Source of the DNA: an uncultured virus (IMG/VR IMGVR_UViG_3300010346_002377)
Lineage: Duplodnaviria; Heunggongvirae; Uroviricota; Caudoviricetes
IMG/VR virus record: IMGVR_UViG_3300010346_002377
Length of the DNA: 64,000 nt
Reading direction: 5' to 3' (one strand)
The notes beneath the pieces were generated by a model. The model did not search any database, was not told the DNA's origin, and worked only from the letters and a program-made list of their open reading frames with translations. This document shows positions 38,801 to 46,238 of this stretch, in pieces. The translations under genes and the position numbers were made by a program. How positions within the stretch are numbered: the stretch's first letter is position 1; each line of letters begins with the position of its first letter.

Positions 38801-41800
38801 ATAGAGCGTGGCGAAGTGGACCCGGATGCTCCCGCGGCCGTCGCCGGAGTCCCCCTCGCGCCGCTGCCCAAGCAGACCGATGCGGCGATCGCCGCCAAGT
38901 CTTCGTTGCTGGGCAACAGCACGAACGTCGTAATCGACATGCTGAAGATGGCGTTCCGCGGGCGCCTTGAGCTGGAAAGCCGCCCGTACGCGTTTGCTGC
39001 GTGGGTGCTGTCGAGCGAAATGGAGATGCCCCCGGGGCGCGAGGCGGAGCTTCGCGGCCGCGAGGACCCGGAGACCATCGCGGGCCTGCGCGCTGACAAG
39101 ACGACGGCGCTGCACACGCTGCAGGCGTGGTCTGACTTCTGGGAAACCGACCCCGGAGCCCTCTTGTACGCCGAGGCGATGGAGGCCGTGGACGCCGACA
39201 AGAGCCGGGCTGCGCGCCCGCGCATGTGGTCGGGAGAGTTCGGAATCAACGCGGCGCTGGTCGAAGCATACAAAAAGAGGCCCGGCGTGTCCGGAGAGGG
39301 GATGCTGGACAAGAAGAGCTCGGACTACCGCAAGTTTATGAACCTCACTCGCAACGTGCGGGCGCTGTTCAGGGCCGGCGAAGAGTTGTCGCGTATCGCA
39401 TCCATAATGAAGTTTGCGGTGAACCCGGCCGGCTACTCGGTTGGAAAGATTCTCTCGGCGTTGGCCGTGCGGGACGCCATGCTGGAATCGGCCGCCCTCG
39501 CCAAAGCCGAGAAGGTAGAAGGCGCGAAGCCGCCAGTCGATCCGTTCACGTACGTCGACGTTTCCCGCATGGTGGAGTCGCCGCTGTTCAAAGTCAACAG
39601 CGCCGCGATCGACAAGGCCGTCGCCGCGCTTAGGCAGAGCGGCGTGCTGTCGAACGAGCGGATATTCGGCTGGTTCCGAAACGAGCTTTCTACCGGAGGG
39701 TTGTCGACACGCGCGGCCGATGCCGTGCTTGCGGCGGCGCAGTCCTCGTTTTTGCAGGAAGCGCTGCTGAGCAGGCTCCCCGCCGAGCTGCAGGCATTTC
39801 TGACGAAAGCTGCCGACATCTACCGGTACGGGCACATCGCAGGCGCGTCGGCGACGGAGAACGACCCCGCGCCGGGGTACGGAGTAAACGACGGGGGCAG
39901 CGTAGACGACGGCCTCGTGGACGGGGTGTTCCCGGAAGCGCAGCTGCAGGTTGCGGTTGAGTTCAGCGCCCTGACGGAGCAGTCCGTGGGCGCCGACGAG
40001 GAGTCGTCCGACGAAGGGCCGGCGCAGGACGAAACGGCCGCGGATTTTGAAGCGTCGAAGCCGCGAAGGCCCGTCGGCTCCTCGGCCGTTACGCTCCGCC
40101 GCTTTGAGGCGCAGGACGTGGCCGGCGCGCTGAACGAGATCATGGTTGACAGCCTCGCGTCGCAGATGTCCATATTTTTCCAGGACCTGTTCGACAAAGC
40201 GCTGGAGAGCGGCGTTCGGTTGAGCAAGAAAAAAACGATGTTGCTGGCGACCGCGCTCGACGTCGTGGAGACGCACTGGTCGCGGATGCCGCGCCTGAAC
40301 AGCATCGACGACTCGAAGACTCGGTGGGCCTACGAGCGCACCGAGGAGAGGGACGCGTCCGTTGTAATGGCGCCGGCCATGTATCCGGCGATCCGCGCAA
40401 TCGGCGCGACAACCAGCACCGACGAAACGACGAGGCGCGCGGCCGAGCTGATTGAAGTCATCAAGCAGCTGGTCGACAGCGGCAAGCAGTCGTCCACGCT
40501 CGAGTTCAAGAACAATATCCTGCAGCTCCTCGTGCCCGCCCCGCTCGCCACCGCCAGGGCCGCCGGAGTCACAAAGCTCAACGAAGACGAGAGCAACGCG
40601 GACACATACAACCGCGTCAACGCGTTTGTCGGCGAGAGAGGCGGCCGCCTGTACGTCGCCGTGCAAACGCTAGGCTTCAGCATGGAGCTGAGCGGGGAAA
40701 AAATACTGGACATTATGGCCTACCTGACGGCCGGGCAGTTCGGGCGCCCCGCATTCAAGCACGGCGACCCGCTCCCGTATTTCCCCCGCGAGCACCACGA
40801 AAGCGTAGCCGCCGAATATCAGGCGGCCATCGCCGGGCTTTCCCAAGACTTCACCGAGCCGTTCATGGACTTCGTGAAGGCGTCCGTGACGCGCCGCCAT
40901 TCCCGCAGGGCGCCCGCCGCCAGGGTGGTGCAGGCGCTGGTCTCCGGCCGCCCGCTGTCGGGGGAAGGCGCTGCGCCTATTGCCAGCCCGGCAGACTCCG
41001 AAAAGATGCTCAAGCGCATACGCGAGCAAGAAGCCGCCGCGGCCGCCGTGCGCCTCGGTACCCCGGTGACCAGGTCAATGTCCGCCAACGTCGCCGATGT
41101 CGGCGGGACGGCGGGGCAGGCGCGGCTCGCCGCTTCGATGGATGCCGCCGTGCGCGCGCGCGACTTCGTGCGGGCGCGCCTGTTGTTCGATGAGTTCGTA
41201 GCCCTGACCGAAGGGCACCGGGACTCGGCGGCGCGCTCCTACGACTACAACAAAAACGCGAAAGCGCAAGAGCGTGCCGCGGAGTCGATGTTGTTTTATG
41301 CGAACAAATGGCTACGGGAAGAACTTATGCCGGCGGAGGCCGCCGAAGAGGCGGAGGCGCACCGGCGCGGGCGCGAGGCGGCCGCGGAAGCGTTCGGCAG
41401 AATCGTGGCGGGCGAGGCCCCGCTTGACGAGGGCACCCCGGGGGTGGTCTCGATTGACCGCGGGATCGCGAGGTTCGACCGGCTCGCCGACGAGGCCGGC
41501 GTGGATGCGCGCGGGCTTTCGCCGCTCGCGGCTTCGGCGGCCGCCCGGCTGTACGAGGCCGGCAACGGGAAAAAAGTGGAACCAATTTTGTTCCCGGCCA
41601 TAATCCGGGCCGCCCGGTCGACTCTCGACGGGGAGTGGGCCGCCTCGTCCAGGGACCTGTACGCGGTGTTCCGGGATCTGGGGCTCACCACGGAGTACAC
41701 CGACGCGGCGCAAAACCGCCTTTCCGGAATCGCGGTAAACCGGCTTCTGGACAGGGGGGCCTCGCGCTCCATGTCGAACTATTCCACGATCCTGTCGGGG

Positions 41801-44800
41801 CTGGCCCAATCCATCGCGAACGTGGGCGGCGCGGAATACTTCAACAAGGTGCAGCAGCTGCTCAACAACATGGACCACTCCATAAGCATCCTGGCCGCGG
41901 CCCACCTGGACCAGCTGGACACGCTGTTTGGGCAGGGCCCCGACCGTTCCATGGTGTACCCGCAGACGGACGTAGCCGGGCACACGCTGCGCAAAAAGCG
42001 CAAGAGCGGGCACGAGCTGTCCGAGCTGGAGCAAAACCAGGCGATCATCGCGCGCGCCGTCGTCATCGCCGAAGCGGAGGGCCGCGAAAAAACCTTGCCC
42101 TACAAGGACGAGACCGGCCGCGTTCGTTTTGCGCCGCTTGTCGCTTTTGGCAACCACGGTTTTATCCACACCACGCTGGAACAAATTGGCGGCTCGTCTG
42201 GCGCGATCGCCCGCAAAGTGCTGGACGCGAGCGTCTATGTCCGGCGCAGCGACCCGGAGGGCTCGACCACGTTCTTGTCGAAGGCCGCGGCAGCCAAAGA
42301 AGTGGCCGCGGCCATACGGAAGCTGTCGCCGACCGAAACCGCCGAGCTTCTGGGCGGCGTGGCCATAGCCAACCCGACCGCGCGAATGGCCGTGTTAACC
42401 ACCAAAATGTTTGGGGTCCTGTTTGTAAACGGGCAGGCCGGCATTCCGCAAATCAATCGCATAAGCGACAAGGGAGAAGTTCTGTCTCCGTTCCTCACGC
42501 TGGACTTCGCGCGGGACTACTTGGCGAAAAGCGAACTGTTCAAAACGCTTCGCGAGAAAGGCGGGCGGACCGACGCCGACCTCGACTTGGCCGCCCAGGC
42601 CAAGAAGCTGGTCGACTTCACTACCCGCATCCACGAAATGGTGTCGAGCTACGCCGCCGCCATACACCCCGGGACGCAGCGCCCGGTCGGGTTCGCTCGC
42701 GGGTACGTCCGCCACATGTTTGGCGGCTCCGGGTTCGAGGATGCCCTGCACGCGAAATGGCGCCGCATCGTCAACCAAGAGGCGCTCGTGCGGGGCGAAC
42801 GCTCCGGTGCGGGCTCCCGCCTGTCGGCGGCGGCGCTCGAGCCGGACTTGGCGGTGAAGTCGCCGGCCGACCCTTCGCAGATCGCGCTGTTCGATGATCT
42901 AGTGCGGGAGCTGGAAAAATTGACTGACACCGACTACGCGGACAAGTTCCGGGACGCGCGCAAGGACTGGGGCAAATACGACTACAACTTCCACATACAC
43001 AAGCTCGCCACCCGCATCGAGGTCGAGATCGCCGTCAACAACGCGAAAACCGGGCAGCTCTACGAACTTCGGCCAGACCGGGCGGCGCTCATCTATGGCT
43101 TGAAGAACTTCTTCCGGGAGAGCCCCGACGAAGGCAGGTCCCCGGTTGCCGGGGCGCGCACGTTCGCGTCGTACGCGGAAGCCCTGATGGCGTCGGGCGG
43201 AGAGTACGCCCCGCTTATCACGGACCCGGCGCGCCTGGCTGCGCAAGCGATCCGGGAGCTGGTGGACTACGTGGTGACTACGTCGCTGGCCGGGTTGGCG
43301 GTAGCGACGGTCGACGCGAGCGGGCTCCCGCTTATGCTGCCGGGGCTGTTGCCGGCGCGGGCGAGCGAAGACCCGAAGGAGCGCGGCCGCCCGGTTCTCA
43401 CCCCGATACCCCGGTGGGCGCTAAGGCGGCTGGCCGAGTACCTGTCGTACCGGGAGGGCGTCAAGCTGAACCCGGGGCAGCCGCTCGAAGAGCAAGTGCA
43501 GCGTTTGGTGACAAGCACAAAGGCGGGAGCCCACAACCAGTATGTTTCGCTCGACCACAACATGGCCGGCGTGGACCACCTCTACGTCCTAAAGGAGTCC
43601 AACGCGTCCCGCTATCTGGCCAAGCTGTTCCAGCGACCGGCGAAGATGATGTACGGGAACCCGGCAGGGTACCAGTACGATTTCCTGCACCAGGCGGCGG
43701 AAGTCAACGCCGTTCTGAAACAGATGGCCCTTGGGTGGAGCGTGTTTTTCGGCACCGCCGGCTTGGAGTCGGTGACGGCCGGCACCACGCTGTCGCCGCT
43801 GGGCAACATGGGACTGCCGCTCATGCCGTGGCAGCTGCACCAGTACAAGCTCATGTGGGAATTCGGAAAGAAAGTCCGAATGAACACTATCGAAGCCGCC
43901 GAGACGATGGCGGAGTTGACGCGCAGCGGGATGCGGCTGACGGAACAGGCTTCGACGGAGGGCGCGCACTCGGCGCTCGACCGGGTAATCGAGCGCGTCG
44001 CCATGCGCACCAGCGACCGGCACGGCGAGAAAGCCGGACGGGTCGCCCGCGGGGTGCTGAAGCACGCAACGGGCCGCTACGTGTCCGAGTGGCTCATGCG
44101 CGACTTCTTCGGAGGGCTGAAAACATGGGCCGCGATGAACGCCATGGACGAGCTGGCCTACAACCTGCCGACGCTCACGCGCTCGCAGATTGCGGCGGAG
44201 GTCGCCAACACGGTCAACAACGCGTTCGGCGGGCAGAATTTCACGCGCTACGCGTTCTTCACTCCGCGCATGATGCAGCTGCTTACGCTTGGGTTCTTCG
44301 CCGTCAACTGGACCGTGTCGGCGTGGAACGTGGCCGGAATGGGAGTGTTTACCGCGGCGCTGCTCGGCACGCGGTCCAACAACTACGAAGCAAAGTTCAT
44401 TTTCCGCAACTGGGCGGCCATGTATCTGTACGCGCTGATGCTGGTGCCGACGATAATGCAGGCCGCCATATATGGGCTTAGCCGGGCGCTCCCCGACCCG
44501 GACGACCCGGAAGAGCTGAAAGCGATGCAGGACGACCGGATGCTGGCGTGGAACAACGAGCACGGAAAAGGCGGGTTCTTCCCGTCGATCGACTACACGC
44601 CGCTTGCCCGCAGGCTTCGCACGCTGTTTGGCCAAGAGTACAAGGGCGCCCCGACGGGCAAGCGGCGAATCTACTTCCGGTTTGGCAAGCAAAGCTACGA
44701 AGTGCTGGACGGGTGGCTGCAAGACCCCGTAGCCACGGCGGGGCGCAAGTCGTCGATGCTCGTCAAGGTGGCCTGGGAACAGCTGTTCAACCACTCCCCG

Positions 44801-45427
44801 GGGTCCCCCGACTTCAAGCTGCCCTTCGACAGCGTAGGATTTTTGGCGGGGCTGGCCGGAAGCGACGTCGGCTTCCGCGGGTCGCGCATTGCTACTTTGC
44901 TGTCCAAGCTGCTTCCGATGTCCTTGTCGTCGATCGCGACGAACCCGGACGCAGGGGTGCTGGTGGCCCTGGTTGCGCCCGCGTCGAAGGGCATGAGCCA
45001 AACCCGGGCGATCCAGGCGGCGCAGGCGGCCCTGGAGGAGGCCGCGGAGCACAAGCCTGTAGGGAAGTTCCGCGGGCGCCCCGCGCAGCCAATAAACAAG
45101 CTGGCGGTGGCCTCGGCAGAAATGGACGCGGCCGCGCGCAACGGGTACGACGTGGACACGATCCTGACCTCGGCGTATGGGGCGGTAGCGCCCAAATACT
45201 ACGCCAAGTTCTACGAAGCCTACTTGTCCGGCGACACGGCGGCCTTGTCCGGCGCGGCGAAGGCGCTCGTGCGTCTCGGGGCCACGACGAAGGGGCTCGT
45301 TCAATCGACCGAAGGCCGGAATAAAAAAACCGGAAGGGGCAAGCTGACCGACGAGGAGAAGGCCGTGCTGGTCGAGGCGTTCAACAACGCGGTCCCTCCG
45401 CTCCTGCAGACTTTAACAAAGGAATAG
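26855..45427 (+). CDS. Giant (6,190 aa) polyvalent virion protein containing a putative two-barrel DNA-dependent RNA polymerase and a PD-(D/E)XK nuclease
   Basis: Uninterrupted 18.6-kb ORF with strong RBS. NRIPT (38144-38158) precedes GSDVDADTL (DxDxD at 38330-38344); upstream LDG, MKP and AVKV motifs; VDLL...VEIKT...LQTY nuclease motif at 32963-33142. Confidence 0.75.
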   Translation: MYDSIESLASGFKAQNPEAENWGPNTTYSALVWVNPETRNLVTGSPAPKYSNPDEFLLGYRDANRARFASAPDSVVLDDMRTRFPVLYDAWGYGKKAKENESALVREDEETPEEKRAKEYESMFGQWYGKLPTRPLDEYEAGKPLLELGKKNLKGRAGFFEGLAGQRASDWVPYGEIVTTVGDLASITAIGKRMQSDPESVSDEDTIKFNLFMQRSKRLDEGGWRALAGDITRTSAMLGLETLATCGVGAAVSILGRVSQVGAKAGGKAALKVLGRELREAGADLAKKKVAVKLAQKGVDSTKKKAAGGLADDAASAAASNLAAAQADLAAASARMSALKAADGADTFLGRLAERTWSELADVGMVPTNLTGFSKWLNAHKVGAAGVRQLGQMASEAAAGLPGGALTAGLAGLGAMALPAAFQTGTKTAIEMLASAASGNEPTTSAAARYQLQRMFEGKDEGHAFAAGLGDMFIEYWSEFSGGALMDMMGAGLGKLPLVGGVGRSLAKAGIAERVGAAMVNTLTEAAPKAAAAGVKDKIAATILRVARTGFATETGKLVDTPFMSFMRDAMYDGVFGEWLEERFGGFLRGVTGLQGDDQKSYLANIMEQTMPANSDQAIAELVAFSLPVGVNAGMRQAYRVFENDSMTKNFEDVQKRVVQNLELIQEASRSVEDNLLKTHVEQSAKAFKKTQEEERQAELRDAMAKKLAWLENEKASRDAGNAPAAAPAMAEDAEIVAARSGLAAAEKTLNDAEAAIDAEMERLREAGAPPTSETKTKLEAAAEAARAEIARLNAVLGAAPAATPLTDEALDAEIESAKINLSRFIVPGEGAARADASLKARSERDEKVAAERESAKVKRGAFGRTVESLAGRIGPEYSKFRGLLDGLVESVMRGKFGSIVTNAPAEAVAEELRAEIERRGKDAGLDVTKILERVTPETVAHLSAAYTGAAALRKEADAILRRGAALSAELGAIRGVRGMALSVANSILSHTMGLSIYTAAQSKAAGIGDRTMIGRTFGELAVRTGFVPVLGNELHTLLVDKISGLRDSDESRDERIDQWITEAAARVAAHAMHSARLYNYGSGLSERERRVLKAGLDTLGMTDKTPDDVVGAFRADIAESRGARVSQVTPAAPRGYAPGQGMDPNMQVLVGVLALLRNLSPATIDLDNPATVAAVDAIVAFSAAAKATDARAKLVGSLASKLAQVRGRDAAEPVDVARAQLLFAGVFARATSRRATQELFSSPTDAKVLLSELAAISAAVRDSELEGAQKAADAFLTVFNVFSLHGASLGPVSDTFRTTGEPAPGNLADAIASLYIGEPSQVGWEPGPEVLSIAAASGVDITNRVAVAAFVANAANALRVAEESLAATVAPVVGRTLEVTRNGKYEEATVLEANDYTVKVRFADGTERALARTELDDPSSVRPAPVIRKFVLVPGVRTYVGTRKAIDEMLGGQQSRELAPHIYAREDREESPDDIFMLQEGAVNDPGTGEVRFSILGHGGLAGLAEDTFEIIWRQASPLDDGMDIPAALLPYFKTMLEVLARAAPNKKSAGDFARKYLETALGELEAPAGSEANARGRRSLFEFLIKAAVLYKADHNLVRDHENRPSVFSLAAEVHAAYSALGLSEDAKKTEGSAATSQDQAAFIKIIHDELKKRGLTDALLASLMYRGAVTEWVDLPGAEGARARKQEAASSRLSRKKEPKTYAGAIPSKIPPGSLAVVKNDDGSLRVVKTAAAGAVARSGGIRTVPLEQSIPAPTVTSSGVVAHGGADVGRRVAPLGPTARVAQVEEAGPVRDAVLAYTEAMDARIKFLSETTVKLLDGAEATLYQLLLTRKGRDAVAALGLTGSHESLVQALTNHTGTAPEVVAGYKDVDDALVAAWDALERAVAAANLPFGSPFSAVYGSNMHTDPVVRPDQVVEPYTDPKTSKQRWRVRPGKMFSFVTGYLGKFAGGESVQDVRRRGGADALRLNTALESGEVVGELVAALLSDRSAPIPGNAALTALRDALFEGAPSNAVASVEPVLRDAGDGPGFVTMVDLLITWKDTAGQSRFRHVEIKTRAAPKGANPAATQTNYYWETQPNHKISERDKNILQTYITHKMLTDHGFVGDSYLLNVGVPGGAADAGKLLAANISILNPDRTGASTVTAGDIARSGLSAATVHVSDLLRDQKERALLENMRAAVLALLPQSEAPAATPPPSTPPSTLPSAASIPATAPEAPPSEREAVDARDKAELEALKKAVKEELEKSATAAALARHLADLAATDAAGAARRANPADESLDAAYRAAILKEDASKEEFLKTITENTVADAVEAIPAEYDSLIEDMAAPVRVLGGLRAAAPSAIDKLYMAAYKKKFTDGRTIEFVAPGTGFLNPLHARDGTGLVVKGTYSYLIKQKDGTIYRKARVLVEGGEAREKELTALFAKPAPEAEPSEAEKSPAPAATPPPSTPPSTLQSTPPSTLPTPPPSPGSDDFEGFYDPRLPTKSTTPGPVVAVASAEVTEGSKLVVGGGDEHRLVMEALRRVVGSDDQKTSSKKAGALLAALSVGFAQAVSSKKANKTHVRTFYTAYLEAAKLGSGRQPAGLPGVVAAMAARPVGENPELERAVAELSAPLVSMLMSPFFAQTRKRVGLTETALSLPEAFAAAALALRLHRSPAMMAHGAEYALAGAAKTASDADRAALKKIIDLVGALDKNAALAEELARAAALSRMHEFMGAPAGGLAEVVGAMEAAAPASIADLAQEVTDTYDGDKRAVALAEDNRDQVELLGRLVAGVLPSALATSDTLNYMLSDRDVYDAYAYQANLQALQDLEKQHGADLGAAGYPAHPMAGRVRPLKLEKFENDFLDAAAIAGMSYAQFAKLMHAARERQIQLLEIDMATLELGPARGSAGQSADMYRAFAASLPAVLLAPRTAQDFHNEAAAIELFAKAAIGKSKSGVEMPLGAVFPLLSGYVRAERARAAGQSPAEMAADDKESFDRALAAAPRLVAKAFSIMVDALKLAGVDRTNPEMFGQFVALSDGGTVGNLPASSRAAMGAYAAGMLDAWAKAHEVASVEMKKANVSNEADRYAVGAAAFEAAFDRLGRPRRDERARGRRHRAESLIDAAYAGRYRNAHVGHKTIPTGVAVPPAAEALMRSGAVLDFYRVVSANIGGSDLGAISINDLSEARLKDAMDAIISKARRLDPDDDSSPMVRLVPMLMTDRSALLVLVFREDALNERVAEVVAELTRELASEPAGDLYNQMKRALDVYSGSTSDKLFAAATLMEAESTFGKAALRSLFSNSEYFKRFRQIVSGGRQVPMLNTKELPEGIMRVLAVGSKDQKGFKITWEPEFDIGSSDFIGDDLDGALMLFDDVFSLIASALGEEGVSSLKITNVGYRTLAAGHALGGRAVITHMKPMALNLDEWIETERVRNKHSCGNHAWPNFYSMFAEAFKAAPQFEGVHGVATGAVKVVAEGTDAESKIQRHELPLMWNGKKVATVSFYAREAIVFAETFAQTAYMDKESEEAEDELNKGTIAALAAARPEVAAALGNWRAHQQLADKLLSGADEAARDEADTINAISESLALFDFDAFPQYAELLPAAHPYLENIYRNVRVKKLGRRLTPQMKRAKAVIMGDPYGSTGVTPTIFDEKGNVVSAATFRSNSNKYSGLQGAIRVLRGFRTIAGTERDLSDRALRRRLAAELQLALDISEVPKDTKLTESQIEQMKGLDKYFREEWGGSLSYLKSLAGLRDPRSGQVDASGLAMRLDERTGDILVFPTVGYINRIPTSPYASHDAAWYLGAATMVEGFEMVRAQDGSVKKMKRAVSGRKNISIIHPETARVWGSDVDADTLNMTYMVPPGPWVGEAELHNLPETSDPAELRRRMAWNAYYFSYHLYRAALTQPWVAMEGRGLFANVADHVVIKDWGSLTPAAAGPGEIGEQGKRALHPYYAVLPEVALPLDAVAGRSGGRGPLVLAQDMVAVLLNELPEGGLFKQARAPFKIERGEVDPDAPAAVAGVPLAPLPKQTDAAIAAKSSLLGNSTNVVIDMLKMAFRGRLELESRPYAFAAWVLSSEMEMPPGREAELRGREDPETIAGLRADKTTALHTLQAWSDFWETDPGALLYAEAMEAVDADKSRAARPRMWSGEFGINAALVEAYKKRPGVSGEGMLDKKSSDYRKFMNLTRNVRALFRAGEELSRIASIMKFAVNPAGYSVGKILSALAVRDAMLESAALAKAEKVEGAKPPVDPFTYVDVSRMVESPLFKVNSAAIDKAVAALRQSGVLSNERIFGWFRNELSTGGLSTRAADAVLAAAQSSFLQEALLSRLPAELQAFLTKAADIYRYGHIAGASATENDPAPGYGVNDGGSVDDGLVDGVFPEAQLQVAVEFSALTEQSVGADEESSDEGPAQDETAADFEASKPRRPVGSSAVTLRRFEAQDVAGALNEIMVDSLASQMSIFFQDLFDKALESGVRLSKKKTMLLATALDVVETHWSRMPRLNSIDDSKTRWAYERTEERDASVVMAPAMYPAIRAIGATTSTDETTRRAAELIEVIKQLVDSGKQSSTLEFKNNILQLLVPAPLATARAAGVTKLNEDESNADTYNRVNAFVGERGGRLYVAVQTLGFSMELSGEKILDIMAYLTAGQFGRPAFKHGDPLPYFPREHHESVAAEYQAAIAGLSQDFTEPFMDFVKASVTRRHSRRAPAARVVQALVSGRPLSGEGAAPIASPADSEKMLKRIREQEAAAAAVRLGTPVTRSMSANVADVGGTAGQARLAASMDAAVRARDFVRARLLFDEFVALTEGHRDSAARSYDYNKNAKAQERAAESMLFYANKWLREELMPAEAAEEAEAHRRGREAAAEAFGRIVAGEAPLDEGTPGVVSIDRGIARFDRLADEAGVDARGLSPLAASAAARLYEAGNGKKVEPILFPAIIRAARSTLDGEWAASSRDLYAVFRDLGLTTEYTDAAQNRLSGIAVNRLLDRGASRSMSNYSTILSGLAQSIANVGGAEYFNKVQQLLNNMDHSISILAAAHLDQLDTLFGQGPDRSMVYPQTDVAGHTLRKKRKSGHELSELEQNQAIIARAVVIAEAEGREKTLPYKDETGRVRFAPLVAFGNHGFIHTTLEQIGGSSGAIARKVLDASVYVRRSDPEGSTTFLSKAAAAKEVAAAIRKLSPTETAELLGGVAIANPTARMAVLTTKMFGVLFVNGQAGIPQINRISDKGEVLSPFLTLDFARDYLAKSELFKTLREKGGRTDADLDLAAQAKKLVDFTTRIHEMVSSYAAAIHPGTQRPVGFARGYVRHMFGGSGFEDALHAKWRRIVNQEALVRGERSGAGSRLSAAALEPDLAVKSPADPSQIALFDDLVRELEKLTDTDYADKFRDARKDWGKYDYNFHIHKLATRIEVEIAVNNAKTGQLYELRPDRAALIYGLKNFFRESPDEGRSPVAGARTFASYAEALMASGGEYAPLITDPARLAAQAIRELVDYVVTTSLAGLAVATVDASGLPLMLPGLLPARASEDPKERGRPVLTPIPRWALRRLAEYLSYREGVKLNPGQPLEEQVQRLVTSTKAGAHNQYVSLDHNMAGVDHLYVLKESNASRYLAKLFQRPAKMMYGNPAGYQYDFLHQAAEVNAVLKQMALGWSVFFGTAGLESVTAGTTLSPLGNMGLPLMPWQLHQYKLMWEFGKKVRMNTIEAAETMAELTRSGMRLTEQASTEGAHSALDRVIERVAMRTSDRHGEKAGRVARGVLKHATGRYVSEWLMRDFFGGLKTWAAMNAMDELAYNLPTLTRSQIAAEVANTVNNAFGGQNFTRYAFFTPRMMQLLTLGFFAVNWTVSAWNVAGMGVFTAALLGTRSNNYEAKFIFRNWAAMYLYALMLVPTIMQAAIYGLSRALPDPDDPEELKAMQDDRMLAWNNEHGKGGFFPSIDYTPLARRLRTLFGQEYKGAPTGKRRIYFRFGKQSYEVLDGWLQDPVATAGRKSSMLVKVAWEQLFNHSPGSPDFKLPFDSVGFLAGLAGSDVGFRGSRIATLLSKLLPMSLSSIATNPDAGVLVALVAPASKGMSQTRAIQAAQAALEEAAEHKPVGKFRGRPAQPINKLAVASAEMDAAARNGYDVDTILTSAYGAVAPKYYAKFYEAYLSGDTAALSGAAKALVRLGATTKGLVQSTEGRNKKTGRGKLTDEEKAVLVEAFNNAVPPLLQTLTKE
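33428..34214 (+). repeat. 46-bp exact direct repeat (33428-33473 and 34169-34214) with internal 12-bp units, encoding PAATPPPSTPPSTL linkers
   Basis: GCTCCCGCGGCGACCCCGCCTCCGAGCACGCCTCCGAGCACGCTTC is present twice. Confidence 0.9.
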
Positions 45428-45471
45428 CGCCCCGGCGACCGGGCGACCAGGCGACCTCCTGCGCCGATCGC

Positions 45472-45500
45472 TTGGCTCGCCGGGGACATTGTGTTAGGAT
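45472..45500 (+). promoter_or_regulatory. Sigma70-like promoter
   Basis: TTGGCT-N17-TAGGAT with extended TG, ahead of RBS AAGGA and ATG 45537. Confidence 0.5.
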
Positions 45501-45536
45501 GTTTGTTGCGGGCAGCCCGCGAAGAAAGGAAAAATC

Positions 45537-45842
45537 ATGATTGGGAAACTGGTGAAGAGAGCCGCTGTGTCGGCGGCGCAGGCGAAGTACGACAGGATCA
45601 AGGCGAAGAACGACGCGGCGGGGCGGCCGTCCGGCCCTCGCCCGGGCACGGTGTACAGCCCGAAGGGGCCGCAGACGCGCGGCCCAGAAGCCTCCCGCGG
45701 CGGGCTGGCGCAGTTCGGGACCCGGGCCATCGACCGAATGAACGACAACGCCGGCATGCTCCGCAGCTTCGCGAACAAAAAGCCCGGCCTGACGGGGCAA
45801 CGCAAGGCGCAGCTGAAGGCGCTGTACCGCGCGTCGAGGTAG
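45537..45842 (+). CDS. Small basic hypothetical protein
   Basis: RBS, GC3-rich codons, K/R-rich. Confidence 0.6.
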   Translation: MIGKLVKRAAVSAAQAKYDRIKAKNDAAGRPSGPRPGTVYSPKGPQTRGPEASRGGLAQFGTRAIDRMNDNAGMLRSFANKKPGLTGQRKAQLKALYRASR

Positions 45843-45845
45843 CCC

Positions 45846-46229
45846 GTGGCCTACGACCCCGCCATCCCGACGATCCGGCAGATGCCGGAAGCGAAGCTCG
45901 GGTCGATCCCCGGGTACCCGTCCGCGGGGTCGATGTACGAGCCCGACCGGGCGCCCTTGCTGAATCTCGGCACGGGCCCCCGGTTGCCTTCTCAACCGGT
46001 TCCCATGAACCGGGCCGCCGAGCCGTTCCTGGCCTCGTTTCGCAGCGTGTCGCAGCCGGCGATCGAGGAGGCGGCGAATCCGTGGGACGCGGCGGGCGCC
46101 GCGCTGGAGAAGGAGTGGAGGACGAAGTATCGCAACGCCGTGCCGGAGGTGGCGACGGAGGCGTTCCAACCGACGAGAAAAAAAATAACCCCGCCTCCCT
46201 CGAACCGAGGAAAGCGGGGCACCGGGTAA
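45846..46229 (+). CDS. Pro-rich hypothetical protein
   Basis: Starts 3 nt after the previous stop; last gene of the + arm. Confidence 0.5.
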   Translation: MAYDPAIPTIRQMPEAKLGSIPGYPSAGSMYEPDRAPLLNLGTGPRLPSQPVPMNRAAEPFLASFRSVSQPAIEEAANPWDAAGAALEKEWRTKYRNAVPEVATEAFQPTRKKITPPPSNRGKRGTG

Positions 46230-46238
46230 CCGGGTAGC

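Noticed and set aside
26876..45304. Long antisense and alternate-frame ORFs within the giant gene and other genes (e.g. 26876-30277, 37778-40666, 49975-52866)
   Set aside because: These are shadow ORFs expected from high GC3 codon bias; they lack RBSs and recognisable motifs.
26855..45427. N4/T7-type single-subunit virion RNAP or tape-measure protein
   Set aside because: No convincing DxxSG/RxxxK/HD-type T7-family motif set was recognised, whereas RIPT plus DxDxD fits two-barrel enzymes. No tail tube, sheath or tape-measure context is present.
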